Assembly: GCA_038087875.1 (NCBI GenBank)
Contig: CM075989.1
Location: forward strand, 13,952,001 to 14,016,000
Length of the DNA stretch: 64,000 bases
From: Malacoraja senta
Lineage: Eukaryota
Reading direction: 5' to 3'
Numbering within the stretch: the first letter of the stretch is position 1; each line of letters opens with the position of its first letter. The notes under the pieces are model-generated. The model saw only the letters and a list, made by a program, of their open reading frames with translations. It ran no database searches and was not told the DNA's origin. Made by a program: the position numbers and the translations under genes. Shown in pieces: positions 39,341 through 52,669 of this stretch.

Positions 39341-40614
39341 TGACAAATCTTATAGAATTTTTCGAGGATGTAACTAGTAGAGTGGATAGGGGAGAACCAG
39401 TGGATGTGTTGTATCTGGACTTTCAGAAGGCTTTCGACAAGGTACCACATAAGAGATTAGGATACAAACTTAAATCACATGGTATTGGGGGTTCAGTATT
39501 GATGTGGATAGAGAACTGGCTGGCAAACAGGAAGCAAAGAGTAGGAGTAAACGGGTCCTTTTTACAATGGCAGGCAGTGACTAGTGGGGTACCGCAAGGC
39601 TCAGTGCTGGGACCCCAGCTATTTACAATTTATATTAATGAGCTGGACGAGGGAATTGAAAGCAACATCTCCAAGTTTGCGGATGACACTAAGCTGGGGG
39701 GCAGTGTTCGCTGTGAGGAGGATGCTAGGAGACTGCAAGGTGACTTGGATAGGCTGGGTGAGTGGGCAAATGTTTGGCAGATGCAGTATAATGTGGATAA
39801 ATGTGAGGTTATCCACTTTGGTGGCAAAAACGGGAAGGCAGACTATTATCTAAATGGTGGCCGATTAGGAAATGGGGAGATGCAGCGAGACCTGGGTGTC
39901 ATGGTACACCAGTCATTGAAAGTAGGCATGCAGGTGCAGCAGGCAGTGAAGAAAGCGAATGGTATGTTGGCCTTCATAGCAAGAGGATTTGAGTATAGGA
40001 GCAGGGAGGTTCTACTGCAGTTGCACAGAGTCTTGGTGAGACCACACCTGGAGTATTGCGTACAGTTTTGGTCTCCAAATCTGAGGAAGGACATTATAGC
40101 CATAGAGGGAGTGCAGAGAAGGTTCACCAGACTGATTCCTGGGATGTCAGGACTTTCATATGAAGAAAGACTGGATAGACTTGGCTTATACTCGCTAGAA
40201 TTTAGGAGATTGAGAGGGGATCTTATAGAAACGTACAAAATTCTTATGGGGTTGGACAGGCTAGATGCAGGAAGATTGTTCCCGATGTTGGGGAAGTCCA
40301 GGACAAGGGGTCACAGCTTAAGGATAAGGGGGAAATCCTTTAAGACCGAGATGAGGAAAAACTTTTTCAATCAGAGAGTGGTGAATCTCTGGAACTCTCT
40401 GCCACAGAGGGTAGTTGAGGCCAGTTCATTGGCTATATTTAAGAGGGAGTTAGATGTGGCCCTTGTGGCTAAGGGGATCAGGGGGTATGGAGAGAAGGCA
40501 GGTACGGGAAACTGAGTTAGATTATCAGCCATGATCATATTGAATGGCGGTGCAGGCTCGAAGGGCCGAATGGCCTAGTCCTGCACCTATTTTCTATGTA
40601 TCTATGTATCTATG
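39341..40614 (+). mobile_element. 5'-truncated CR1 LINE with an uninterrupted RT C-terminal half
   Basis: ORF 39340-40515 (391 aa) with YLDFQKAFDKV, SGVPQGSVLGP, KFADD and RPHLEYCVQFW. CR1 3' UTR hairpin and (TATCTATG)n tail. Confidence 0.96.
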
Positions 40615-40931
40615 ATCAACCCTGCAATATTGGCATTCCTGAGTGAGTAGTTCAGACACCTTGATTTGACCACCAATTATTTTTCAAATTTGCTAGCTGC
40701 AAATTACAGATTAATTCAGATTATTCAAAATATCTTCCAGTTTTGTTTCATTGCAGATGATTATTTTGTATTATTGGATAATAAATAAAACATTTTGATG
40801 GAAGATTTCATCATAGATTTACTGACTATGTTGTATTTGAACCCACCATCCCACACTCCCAAGAGGAAACAGCCCCAGCACAGAATATAGAACATGGAAC
40901 AGTACAGCATGGGAACAGACTTTTCAGCCCA

Positions 40932-41067
40932 ATGGAAGATTGCACCCTTCACATGGTCCGCCCTGTTTTGACGAATACAATGAACCCGGTGTGCACAATC
41001 AAATAAGATCAAATAGAACAAGTTGTCCTACAACTTTAGGCTGTGAACGCCATATGCAAGAAGAAGA
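40932..41067 (+). mobile_element. Short ribozyme-headed retroelement, copy C (5' Gs missing, decayed fold)
   Basis: Same sequence as copies A and B, (GAA)n tail, TSD AGCCCA at 40926-40931 and 41068-41073. Inserted into an antisense CR1 3' end. Confidence 0.8.
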
Positions 41068-43525
41068 AGCCCACCACTTCTGTGCTGCTCAGAATGCCAA
41101 TCTAAACTAATCCCGTGTAGCTGCACATAGTTTATATTCCTCTGTTTATGTGCCTATCTAAATGGCTCTTCAACAATGTTATCATATCTATTTCCACCAC
41201 TTCCCCTGTCTGTGCATTCCAGGCTCCCATCACTCTCTGTGTAAAAAAAAATGTCTTGCAAATCTGTTTTTAAATTTCATGCTCTCACCTTAAATCTATC
41301 CACCTCTTGTATTTGACATTTCTATCCTAAGAGAAAGACTGACCATTTACTCTATTTATGCCTCTCATAACTTTATATATTTCTATCAGATTACTCCTCC
41401 GCCTCCAATGTTCACGAGAAAACTATACGTTAGCTGATACTCTCCAATCCAGGCAACACCCTTCAGCCTTTGACATTCCAGAGAAAACAAACCAAATCCA
41501 GGCAACATTCTGGTGATCCTCTGCTGCACCTCTGCATAACCTTCCGTGGTGGCTGCTAGTCTACTTAAGAAATTGCTAGTCTACTTAAAAAAGCTGCCTT
41601 TTGTGCAGGGAATACCATGCAATAATTCTGATTGAAAACACAATTGGGCTAGCCATTCCCTTCTCCCCTTCACTTTCTGCAGAAAATATCATACCCCTTG
41701 CCTGAATTATTTTGACAGAGCCCTAAATGTCCTTTGAGGTGAGGCACTCAAAAGAATTTCCACCCACCTAGTTATACTGGCAGTCTTTACTATTTTTGGG
41801 GGGGTTTAAATCCAGAGTGTTGACAGAACCTCGAGGAGTCATTTGAGATTGTCGAAAAACATGAGAGAAACTCGGTCAAAACAATTTTTTTTGAAGCTCT
41901 TAAAGTTTAAATCTCCTCAATTGCTTAGCCATATTAAATTTAATGAAAATGACAATGTGGCAAATGGAACCATTGTTGTGAAACTTGCCCAGTGGATCAG
42001 ATCTGGACTTAACACTGTTCTCAGTCCTCGGCTCCAGTGGCTCCATTGCTGCCAGTTTATGTAACTATTCTCAGAACAGCTCAGTCTATGGCACAACTCT
42101 CCCTTATGTTATCATCCTGAGCTTTCTACAATGTTTCAACTCAAATCTTACAAATGACGGGTTTACATCTTAGATCGAAAATTCCCACCAATTGTCAAGG
42201 CTGGTAGTTGAGAAATTAAAGACAAAGTTTGAATTTGAGGGAAATTCTTGTGGTCAACCAGGAATGCATCGTATTATTTAAAAACATTGTGTATTATCTG
42301 TGTGTACTGCATTTACGGGACTTTTTAAGATGCAGTAAGAATTTCATTGTTCGATTGTCGGTGCATATAACAGTTAAACATTTTTGATTTGACTCTTAAC
42401 TCTTGAATTCTTAACCTGATGGAGAAAAGCAACTGCATCAGAAGTTCCAGCAGCAACCCAGGAGCAACAGTGGTTACTTGGCAACAAGCCAAGGAGAATT
42501 AGTCTATCTATTGCACTTCAAGTTTATCAATTTGCAACCCAGAGATAAAAATTATACAGATTTATATGAAGCTGATATGCCGGGCTATTGCAATTGGATA
42601 CAAGTTCTAAGTACAATCTGTTACTTGGGTGGGATAGTGGGGCAGCTATGTTTTAGGTATCAGATTAGATATCATGCCCACTACAAAGCACCTACATTTC
42701 CTCAGCCCCCTTTTTACCACCTGGATGCGCTTTGGTGAGTGTGTAAGGCAACCACTCTGCCACCGAATTGTACAGAGCACTGCACCACCAGGTTGTTTAG
42801 CCAGCAATGGCCACATGCCAAAGCCATATTTGACATCCAATGATCTATTTATGGACACAGGGCCATCTTGGGTCAGACCATCTAAACATCAGCCTGAGAA
42901 TCTCAGAGAGATTCTGGCCATGGCCGATCAAAGATTCTGGACAATATCTTGTCAAAAAATTCCATTTGGACACCCATTTTTCTTCTTTGCACTCCTCTAG
43001 AAGCTGACTGCTGCTGTGTAGCAGTCAAAAAACTATTGGAACAGGAAAGATGAGTCAATTTTTCCATCCTGAGCCTGTGGCATTGAAACAAATAACAGAA
43101 ATCTAACATCAATAAACTCAGCAGAACTGTATTTCTGTTTCTTATCTGACTTTGGCTCATTCAACAAATGGCACAGAGGGACACAACACTTCTGTTTTAA
43201 TGATAATGAGACTAAAATCTCTACATCCAGTGGTGGCTATCAGTTATTAATGGCAAAAGAAACAAAGTTAATGCATGCTTTGGGATTTTTGCAGCTATCC
43301 CACCCTTCAGTCAAGATTAATGGAAAATAAACTCTGCAGAACCATCTCCAAAGTAATAATTTGAATATACAATATTGCAAATGCACATTAGGTTGTATTT
43401 TTGCAAAATACAATGATGAGTTTTGAAAACTGCAATTACTTTAAATGCATTTAACAGTAGGTATTTTACTGTCATAGAGAGATAGAGAGGTACAGCATGA
43501 AAAAGGGTCTTTTAACCCACCATGT

Positions 43526-43831
43526 GGGTGGCACAGTGGCGCAGCGGTAGAGTTGCTGCCTTACAGGGCCAGAGACCTGGGTTCGATCCTTACTAAGGGT
43601 GCTTGTCTGTATGGAGTTTGTATGTTCTCCCCATGACCTGCATGAGTTTTCTCCGGTTTCTCCCACACTCTAAAGATGTACAGGTTTGTAGGCTAATTGG
43701 CTTTGTACAATTGTAAATTGTCCCTTGGGTGTGTAGGATAGTGAGAGTGTGAATAGATTACTGCTCCACGCTGACTCAATGGGCCAAAGGGCCTGTTTCT
43801 GCACTGTATCTCTAAACTAAACTAAACTAAA
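43526..43831 (+). mobile_element. HE1-type tRNA-derived SINE with a CR1 tail
   Basis: A box (TGGCGCAGCGG), B box (GGTTCGATCC), central GGAGTTTGTATGTTCTCCCC block, CR1-like 3' end and (CTAAA)n tail. Nested in an older antisense copy (~43470-44070). Confidence 0.85.
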
Positions 43832-46800
43832 AGTCCATGCTGACCATCAGGGACCATTTTTACACAAATCACACTCTAACCCATTTTATTCAATGTGCTC
43901 TCAGATCTTACCACTCATCCACATCCTAAGGACAATTTGCAGTGGCAAATTGACCTATCAACCTTCATCTTTGTGATGTGTGAGGAAAATGGAGCATTTG
44001 GAGGAAATACACACGGTCACAGGAAGAATGCAAACTGCACACAAACAGCATCTGAACAGGATCAAACCTAGGTCATTATTCCTTTGTTTCAACTTAATAT
44101 TAATTCCACTGCATAATTACTTTGAAGGTAAGATTAACTTTGCAAGCCACACTGTTCATGATAGATTTACCCTGAGAACTAAGGAATCTATATCTTGTTA
44201 AAAGGAATGCCTGTGGCCTACGTACAATATTGTATACTTCAGCATTCCACCAAATCTGCTGGTTCGTTGGGAAAGATGTACTGTTCATTCAGTCTGATAT
44301 TACAGTCATTCTTTTACTTCTGGGATCTTGAATTGAAGTTCAGTTTTGATTTAGATTGTATGATAATTTGAATCTTGTTAAACAAATGTATCAAAATGGC
44401 ATAAAACATTTGATCTAAATGAAAAACTTGACTATTTGGAATGCTATGTAATGTATAATTCATTTTAGAAAATCTGAACTTACTTTCGTTCAATTCTTTC
44501 TTTGGAGCTCCTCCCAATGGTTTTAGTAAGTAAGTAAGTGCAAAATGTTGTGTGATGGTAAATCATCTCATAACTAGTCAGCATTAATGTAGCAACATTT
44601 TCCAAAGTGCAGTGCTAGAAGAAAATTATAATAACTGAGCAACATGGGGAACTAGAAGACAAAATATGGTTTGAAATTTGGGTCTTAAGGAACATTTTAC
44701 AGATATCCACTTCATTGTGCATTGGAATTGCTAATGTGCTTTCATACCAGTGAAGACTTTTGAAGGACAGCCAACTTACACATAGCAAACTCAATAAACA
44801 GTATTGAGACATTGATCTTATAGCTGCTACATTTTTAGCTGTGTCGATTAAAGAATACAGTCAGAGCATTGTGGATTGATGCCCTGATATCTCCTTCTTC
44901 CCCTTCTCCACCTTTCTCTGCACCATATAATTTGACATCTCATTCTTCCAGCTCTGATGAACAGTCATTTACCTGAAGTATTAACTGTTTCTTTTCTTAG
45001 ATTTTGATGATAATTAGCATTTTTGGCTTTTATTTTTAATTACATCCCCTAAGCCCCATAATGATGGGGCAAAGGGAAACAGGAACCTATGATTTACAAA
45101 TCTTAGGCATTAATGGGTCAAGCAACCTATTGGAAATCTAAAACAAAAGAGAAAGTGGTTGAAGCATTCAGCAGATCAGGCCACATCAGTATGGAAATAG
45201 AATCAAGGATCTATCATCAAAACTGGAACCACTACAAATGTATGGTGGAGAGCATACTGACTGGTTGCATCATGATCTGGTTCTGAAATTTGAAGGAGGC
45301 TTCAGAAAGTGATGAACATTGGCTGGTCCATCTTCGAAGGGATCTACAGGAAGTGCAACACTTCATTTTCTGTCCAGGCACGTTGCAACATCTGGGACTC
45401 AAGATCATTTGCTCGTTTTGAGTTACTATTCTCCCTTTCTGTCAGCACTGGGAGTGGAGAGTCCTGCTACACCTGTGATATTACCTCAGCCCTTATCTCC
45501 ATAATCCTGCTGGAATAGGTGGGCATTTCCAGCATTCTTCTTTGTGTTCGGTGATGCAAATGCTCGTCCAAATGTTTGTTAACTTTTGTGAGGGCACCTG
45601 TTTTCACCACCTCAGACAGTGTGTGCCAGATTTCAAACTCTGGGTGAAAAGAGATCTTCCCAATGACCCCTCTCAACTTCTTACTCCTCACCTAAACCCT
45701 ATGCCCTCTGGTCTTAGATGTCTCTTCCATCAGAATATTTTCTTATTAACTACACTATCTATTCATAATTTTGTACATCTCTTTTTAGTTCCCGTCAACC
45801 TCATCTGCTCCAAGGAAAACCCACCTATCCAGCCTTTCATAACTGAAATGTAGAAACCCAGGCAACATCCTGATGAATCTCCTCTGCACGCTCTCCAGTG
45901 CAGTCACATCTGTTCAATATATGATGATCAGAACTGATACATAATATTCCAGCTGTGGGCTTCATAACATTGTATCAAGACCTCCCTGCTTTTGTACTGT
46001 CTGCCTTCATTAATGAAGGCCAGCATCCCATTTGCCTTCTTCACAATCCTACATACCTATGCTGCCATCTTCAGGAATGTTTACACATGCACACTAAAGT
46101 CTGTTTGTTACTCAACACCACTTAGGGCCCAACCATGGTGCATGACCTACCCCTATTTGACCCTCAAAATGCAAACTACACACCTGCCATAATTACATGC
46201 CATCCGCCAATGCTATGCCCATTTTACCAGCCTATCAGTGTCATTATATGGCCAAAGATTGTCCTCCTCACTACCCACAACATCACCAATTGTCCTTGAC
46301 ATTGCTTTTAAAGCTTTTATCATTTCTATCACCTGGCATTCAGAATTTTTCAATAGAAATGACCCAATCATTAAAGACCTTTTAAAGTCCTACAATAGAA
46401 CTCAATCCATAATCTTTACACTTGAAGGTAAAATTATTAACAGACAAAAAATTGCAAATGTGCAAAGACACCACCAGCTGCTTCTTTAATGGAGTTGGTG
46501 AAAGGTGTTTCTCCTGGATGCTCTTTGGATTTATGGTGACTGGTCTCCTGCTATTCATCACACTCACAAAGGCAAAGATCTCTGCACCTTCCTTATTAAA
46601 CCTATTCACAATCTGGAGAAAAGAGCTGTGTATCTCCTTCCTGACAGGTAATAACTTCCTAGTTCTGCTGTTAATCTAGTGAATCGTTATTGCACATTCT
46701 CCAGTATTTCTATTATGATCAGGATTGTTTAGACTTCCCTAAATGTGATCTAACTATGGTTAAAGAAAAGTTTAATATAATATCAGTGCCTTGGAATCTT

Positions 46801-47569
46801 TTAATCCTATATCAGATAACTTCTGTATTTTCACTCCATCGTGTCATTCCCACTGATCATGCAAATGACAATAGCCATGGACCTGCGTGTCCATAATCTT
46901 GCGTTTAGGATCACAAAATATGAGTCAATCCAAGGGTAACAACTTCAAAGAAGTATCAACATAAATAAATGGTGGAAATAGTGTAACTTGCTCCTTTTAC
47001 CATTCTGTTGTAAGAACAATTTCTATCTTTACAATATTTTTTTTAAGCTTGAATATAAGTTGTTATAAATCAGATTGTTTTGTCTTTGAAAGCTTTACAG
47101 TGAAGTGTTGAATTTTAATTGTTAATAAGCTAAAAAATCTTCTGAACTGGATTTAAAACTTCATGATTTACTTTTTTAAAGCAATAAAACGGAATGATAA
47201 CAAATTATTTAATGCTTCAGTTTTTGGTGAATAAATAGGTTATGACAGATCATATAACTATTCCCATAAATTAAAATGTTTCTTACATCCAATGATGTAA
47301 ACTAAATATATAAGTTTACAAATGATAACTTGACTTATCAATATATTTCAACCTCCAATATCAATACCATTCAAATGAAGGGTCCTGACCCAAATGTCAC
47401 CTATCCATCCCTTTCAGAGATGCTGGGTTTTATTCAATATAAATATGTTTATCTGTTTGTAATGCATTGTTTATGTCCCTTTTAAAGGATAATTGTTTTA
47501 ATCAGCTGCTAAACAAATCTGCTACCTTAAAGTTGGTGGGTTGCTGCCACCTTACAATACCATGCAAGG

Positions 47570-49150
47570 GGTATCTCTTGTAATATTTCTGTATGACTAT
47601 GGACAGATAGTTATCAGTTCCAATCCAGAAGCTGGAACACAAAGTATTCCTTTGGCTTCCTTTCCTGTGCAGAACTCAGGCATGTGATCTGTGACTGGGA
47701 CCTTGTAGCCATTGCAGAAATCTGGCTAAGAGAAGAACATGACTGACAGCGTAATGTTCCTGAGTACAGGTGCTACAGGAGAGATAGCAGCAGGGGTAAA
47801 AGAAGAGAGAGTTGCTTTATTGATAAAAGAGAATGTCATCACAGTAGTCTGAGATGACATTACTGATGGTTCATTCAATGAGGGTAGATGGGTAGAGCTG
47901 AGAAATAAAAAGGGGATGATCACTTGTTTGGCAGTATACTATAGGCCCCCAAATAGTCAACGTTAATTAGAAGAACAAATATGCCAGGAGATTGCAGACA
48001 GCTGCAAGACTAGTAAAGTTGTCATAGTAAGATTTTAATTTTCCCAATATAGACTGGGACTGTTATATTCCCAAGGACTTAGACACCGTGGAATTTGTCA
48101 AATGAGTTCAGGAAAGTTTCCTCTGGTAATATGTGGAGGGCGGGTGCAAAGCTTGATCTACTCTTAGGAAATTGAGAAGAGCAAGTGACTGAAGTGTCCG
48201 CGGGCTAGCCTTTTGGGAACAGCGACGACTATTCTATTAGCTATAAAATAGTTACGGATGAAGACAGGGTGGGCCCATAAGTTAAAATTATGACTTGGGG
48301 CAAGGCCAACTTTGATGATATTAGACAGGAACTTGGAGTAGGTTATTTGAGGCAAAGGAACATCCAGAATGTGGGATGCTTTTAAAAGTATGATAACGAG
48401 AGTTGAGGGCATGCATGTTCCTGTTAGAGTGAAGGGCATGGCAGGTGGGAGTAAGGAAGCTTGATGACAAGAGAAATTGAGGCTCTGGTCAGGAAAAAGG
48501 AGATATAGGCAGCTGGGATCAAGTGTATCCCTGGAGGAGTTTTGGTAACTGAAGAGCATACTTAAGAAGTTTACAGTCATACAAGGTGTTGCCTAGGCCT
48601 CATTCGGAGTATTGTGTTCCGTTTTGGTCACCCTGCTATAGGAAAGATGTTGTTAAGTTGGAAAGAGTGCAGAATAGATTGATGACGATGTTGCCAGGAC
48701 TAGAGGGCCTGAGCTATAGGGGGAGGCTGGGAGGGCTAAGACTTTATTCTTTGAAGCTTAGGAGACCGAAGGGTAATCTTATAGAGGTGTATAAAATCCT
48801 GAGGAAAATAGATAGGGTGAACGCACGGATCTTTTACCCAGAGTAGAGGAATCAAGAACCAGAGAACATAGGCTTAAGGTGAAAGGGTAAAGATGTAATA
48901 GGAACCCGGGGGGCAACTTTTTCACAGTGAGACCAGTGGGTATATGGAACGATCTGCTAGAGGAGATAGTTGAGGCAGGTACTGTAAGAACATTTATAAG
49001 ACATTTGGACAGGTACATGTATTGGAAAGGTTTAGAGGGATATGGGCCTACTGCAGGCAGGCAGGATTAGGGTAGATGGGGCATCTTGGTCGGCTTAGGC
49101 AAATTGAGCCAAAGGGACTGTTTCCGTGCTGTAGGACTCTATGACTCTAG
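47570..49150 (+). mobile_element. Decayed, internally deleted CR1 LINE (EN fragment plus 3' end)
   Basis: Remnants YYRPPNS, DFNFPNIDW and RPHSEYCVPFWSPCYRKD, CR1-type 3' UTR, many stops. Confidence 0.85.
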
Positions 49151-49848
49151 CTGTCGCAGCCTGTTAGATGAGACACGAAGAGAGGTTCCTATCTGCCCTT
49201 GCAGGGGAACTTGCACGTTAATGAAGAATGATGTCAGAATCCCAGGCAAAAAATGGTGGTGTTGTGGATAGTGAGGAGGATAGATTTAGGCCACTGAATC
49301 ATATTGATCAGCTGATAAATTGGATAGGGCAGTTGCAGATGTAATTTAATCGTGATAAGTGTGAACTAATGTATTTGGGTGGATGGGGACGGGATTTGGA
49401 ATCCAATAAGGGTTTGATATACAGTATATGATGAATAGATGAATGCCTGGGAACATTGAGCAGTAAACAAACCTTGGTGTACCAGACCAAAGTTCCCTGA
49501 AGGTGGCAGCACAGGTAATAGGATGGTGAAGAACACATATGGAATGCTTGCATTAATTTGCCAGGGCATAGAGTATAAGAGCACGGAGGTCTTGACCTGA
49601 CTTCATTATTAGGCCACAGCTGGTCACCACACCATTAGAAGAATGTGACTGCAAAAACACCCTTCTTCAGATAAGAAGCATCATGACCCCAAGTACTTTA
49701 ATTGTACACAATAACTTCTCTGAAAGGCTTCTGATTCTTTAAATCCACTGGTTCTCTGTCAACTATTCTACTAATTACATCCTTTCATTTTCCAGTGTAT
49801 TTGTTAAATTGATTTTCTTTTCTTAAAACCACATTATCTTTGCAAGGT

Positions 49849-50418
49849 GCTAACCATTTTAACTCCCCTTCCCATTCCCATACTGACTTTCTGTCCTGGA
49901 CCTCCTCCTTTGCCTGAGTGAGGCCACAGGCAAACTCGAGGAACAACACCTCATTTTCTGCTTGGGTATCTTACAACCCAACGGTGTGAACATTGAATTC
50001 TCCAAATTTAGGTAACTGACCTACAAACGCCCCCCATTTCCCCCTCTCTCTTGTACCCTGTGTCCCGCCTTAATGTGTACCCATTTCTTCCTTGCCCCTT
50101 TACCCTGTCCCCTTCCTCCATTATTCCTTCTTCTGGCTTCAATTTCGTGCCTCTTCTACCCTTATCTCATACTTTTTGGCTTTTCATTTCTGGCCTTTGT
50201 CCAACCATCTACCAATCAACCTACCCCTCTTCACCCGTATCCACCTATTACTTACCAGACTTTGTTCCACCCATACCCCCTCTACAATCAGTCTGAAGAA
50301 GGGTCCCGATCTGAAATATTGCATATCCATGTTCTCCAGAGATGCTGCCTGACCCATTGAGTTACTCCAGCACTTTATATCCATTTTGTAATACTAGCAT
50401 CTGCAATTCCCTGTGTCT
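49849..50418 (+). mobile_element. Penelope-like element 3' fragment (GIY-YIG C-terminus, UTR, pLTR)
   Basis: ANHFNSPSHSHTD...KLEEQHLIFCLGILQPNGVNIEFSKFR* (stop 50013-50015, one frameshift), then a pyrimidine-rich UTR, then the same CTGAAGAAGGGT...GATGCTGCCTGACCC sequence as the palindromic repeats. Confidence 0.85.
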
Positions 50419-50544
50419 TCAAGCAATATGGTGTAGCAGAGGCACTGAAAGATTGTTCTCTAAAAAATGGGCATGAGTGAAAACTATATAATCAATATGT
50501 AGCTTTAACACACGCTACTTTGCTGCAGATTCTGCATTTGTTTA

Positions 50545-52197
50545 TTTCAAAGGTTTCAAAGGTCTTCTATTATCATGTGTACCAATTAAGGTACAGTGAC
50601 ATGCGAATTATCGTACAGCCATACCAAAAAAAGCAACAAGACACACAACTACATAGAAGTTAACATAAACATCCACCACAGCGGATTCCCCACATTCCTC
50701 ACTGTGATGGAAGGCAATAAAGTCCAATCTTCTTTCCTCATTCTTCTCCCGCGGTCGGGGCAGTTGAACCATCTGTCGGGGCCAGGCACGGAAATCGCTA
50801 TCAAAACATGGAGGGGACCGGGTGACAGGGGGACACAATTTCTTGGCGGCGCGCTCACACACACACACACACACAAGGCTTCGGAGGCTTCAGCCTTCGG
50901 TCCTATGGACGGCAATTAGTGCCGGGTGCCGGCAGTCGCCAAACAAATCGCGGAAGGCCCACAGCCAGCGTGGAGAAGCAGTGCTAAAAGCAGCTCAACA
51001 CTGCCCGTCTCGCCGGGTTAACCTACAGCCCTGCCTGGACTGACGGGACACCAGTCCGGAGCCGTGGAGCTAGCGCTGCTTCTCTGCGCTGGCTGTAAAC
51101 CTGGGCCGTCGTTGGCAGGCAGAGTCGACAGGCAGAGTCGACAGGCAGAGTCGACAGGCAGAGTCGACAGGCAGAGTTGAGGTCGGTTTAGCGCTGCCTC
51201 TCTGCGCTGGCTGTGGGCCTGGGGGCACCGCTCCCGTCTGACTCCCGACGTCTCTGGCCACCCCTGGGTGTTGGGGAGGGGGGGGGCACTTGGGTGGGGA
51301 CGGGGATGGTCCAGTGGCGGTTCGGAAGCGATTGCAGCGCTGGAGACCCGGGATCGATCCTGGCTGCGGATGAGACGCAGGTCTTTGCTCCACGGAGGTA
51401 TCCCTCCTCCAATCACCACGCTCTGTCCTCAGTCCCACCCCCTACTTCCGCCTCTGACCGACACCTCCCTCCTCCAATCATCGAGCTGAATCATCATATC
51501 CTGCCCCCATTGCCTGCTGACTGACATCTCTCTCGTCCAATCGGCGCCCTCGATCAGCAGTCCCACCTCCACTATCTCGCGGAAAGCGGAGATTTCACAA
51601 AGTTTTAAAGTCCTGATTACAAAAAATGGGGGGGATGGGGGGGGGGGGGGGGGGGATCAGCCCCCACCTCTCACCGGGATTTCAGCCCCTGGTCGGGGCG
51701 ATCGAAGCTCCCGCAGCCGGCGGTCAAAGCCCCCGCGTCGGGGAGATCGAAGCTCCCGCGTCGGGGCGGTCGAAGCTCCTGTGGCTTGGAGTTCCTGAAG
51801 TAGGTCTCTGACTAGAAACCGCGGGCTCCACGATATTAAATTCCGCAGGCTCTCGCGGTGGAGCTCAGAGGTCGATCCCTGGGAAAGGGATCGAGGGCTC
51901 CACGATGGTAAGTCCGCAGGCACCCGCGGTGGAGCTCTTGAAGTCGGTCTCCAGCAAAGGCCGCCAACTCCTCGATGTTAGGCTGCAGTGCGGACGGAGA
52001 TACAATATGGAAAATAATTGCATCTCCATCGAGGCAAGAGATTAGAAAAAGTTTCCCCCAATCCCCTCCCCCACCCCCCACATAAAACGAGCTAAAGATC
52101 ACTAAAAACATACATTTAACACATACTAAAAAAATACAAAGAAGAAAGGGACAGACTGACTGTTGGTGAGGCAGCCATTGCTGGTGCCACCCGGTGG
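50545..52197 (-). mobile_element. Long GC-rich non-coding retroelement (non-autonomous LINE derivative)
   Basis: Antisense LINE-like tail ending in short repeats (CCTTTGAAA x2). GC-rich body with internal repeats, (CA)n and G runs. Shares several blocks with 62563-63480. No credible ORF. Confidence 0.7.
51116..51180. repeat. 13-bp minisatellite (CAGGCAGAGTCGA) x5
   Basis: Four perfect units and one with a single substitution. Confidence 0.95.
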
Positions 52198-52669
52198 TAA
52201 TTTTGCAGCTGTTTTCAGCAGTAAACAATAATGTAAATACAATATTCATTGTCATCAGGTTCATTTTATTTTTGCAGATTGTATACATTCATTGTTGCTA
52301 CACAGCACTAAACCCTTCTGGCTTTCTACTACTTCCATTCTAGTCTGCTTTTTATTCTTACTTCCACTTCTCTGCCTGTCACACCCTCCTGCCTCCTCCC
52401 TGGCACCTTGACGTGTGACGGTCTCAGTGCTGATGTCCTTGTGTCTCAATCTTTCCTAGCCAGACACACTACTTATTTTAATCATGTTTTAGCTTAATGC
52501 TGTGTGGTATAGAAGTAGCTGGGTAGTGAGCAATCCAATGAACTAGACCAATGATCATAAACCATCCTTCACCCCCACTAATGCCAACTGTGAAATTTAA
52601 CCTGTTAAAAATCTGAAATTTGAAAACAAAAATAGCATTGGAAATGAGGACTGCAAAACTACAGACTGT

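Noticed and set aside
43526..43600. tRNA gene
   Set aside because: The A/B boxes belong to a SINE head followed by SINE body and CR1 tail; no complete cloverleaf.
46444..46647. Open 204-nt plus-strand segment with a hydrophobic stretch and a CAG|GTAATA donor
   Set aside because: The acceptor has no polypyrimidine tract, there is no partner exon and no recognisable homology.
51116..51180. CRISPR-like appearance of short repeats (also 61806-61874 and 10677-10737)
   Set aside because: Tandem units with no array of unique spacers, eukaryotic context, no cas genes.
50596..52288. Many Pro/Arg/Gly-rich ORFs in GC-rich repeats (also 23203-23873 and 61544-63919)
   Set aside because: They lie in non-coding repeats, occur in all frames and show no domain motifs.
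52261..52601. Protein-like minus-strand frame (ERLRHKDISTETVTRQ...)
   Set aside because: Stop density in the upstream part is at chance level, and there is no recognisable family.
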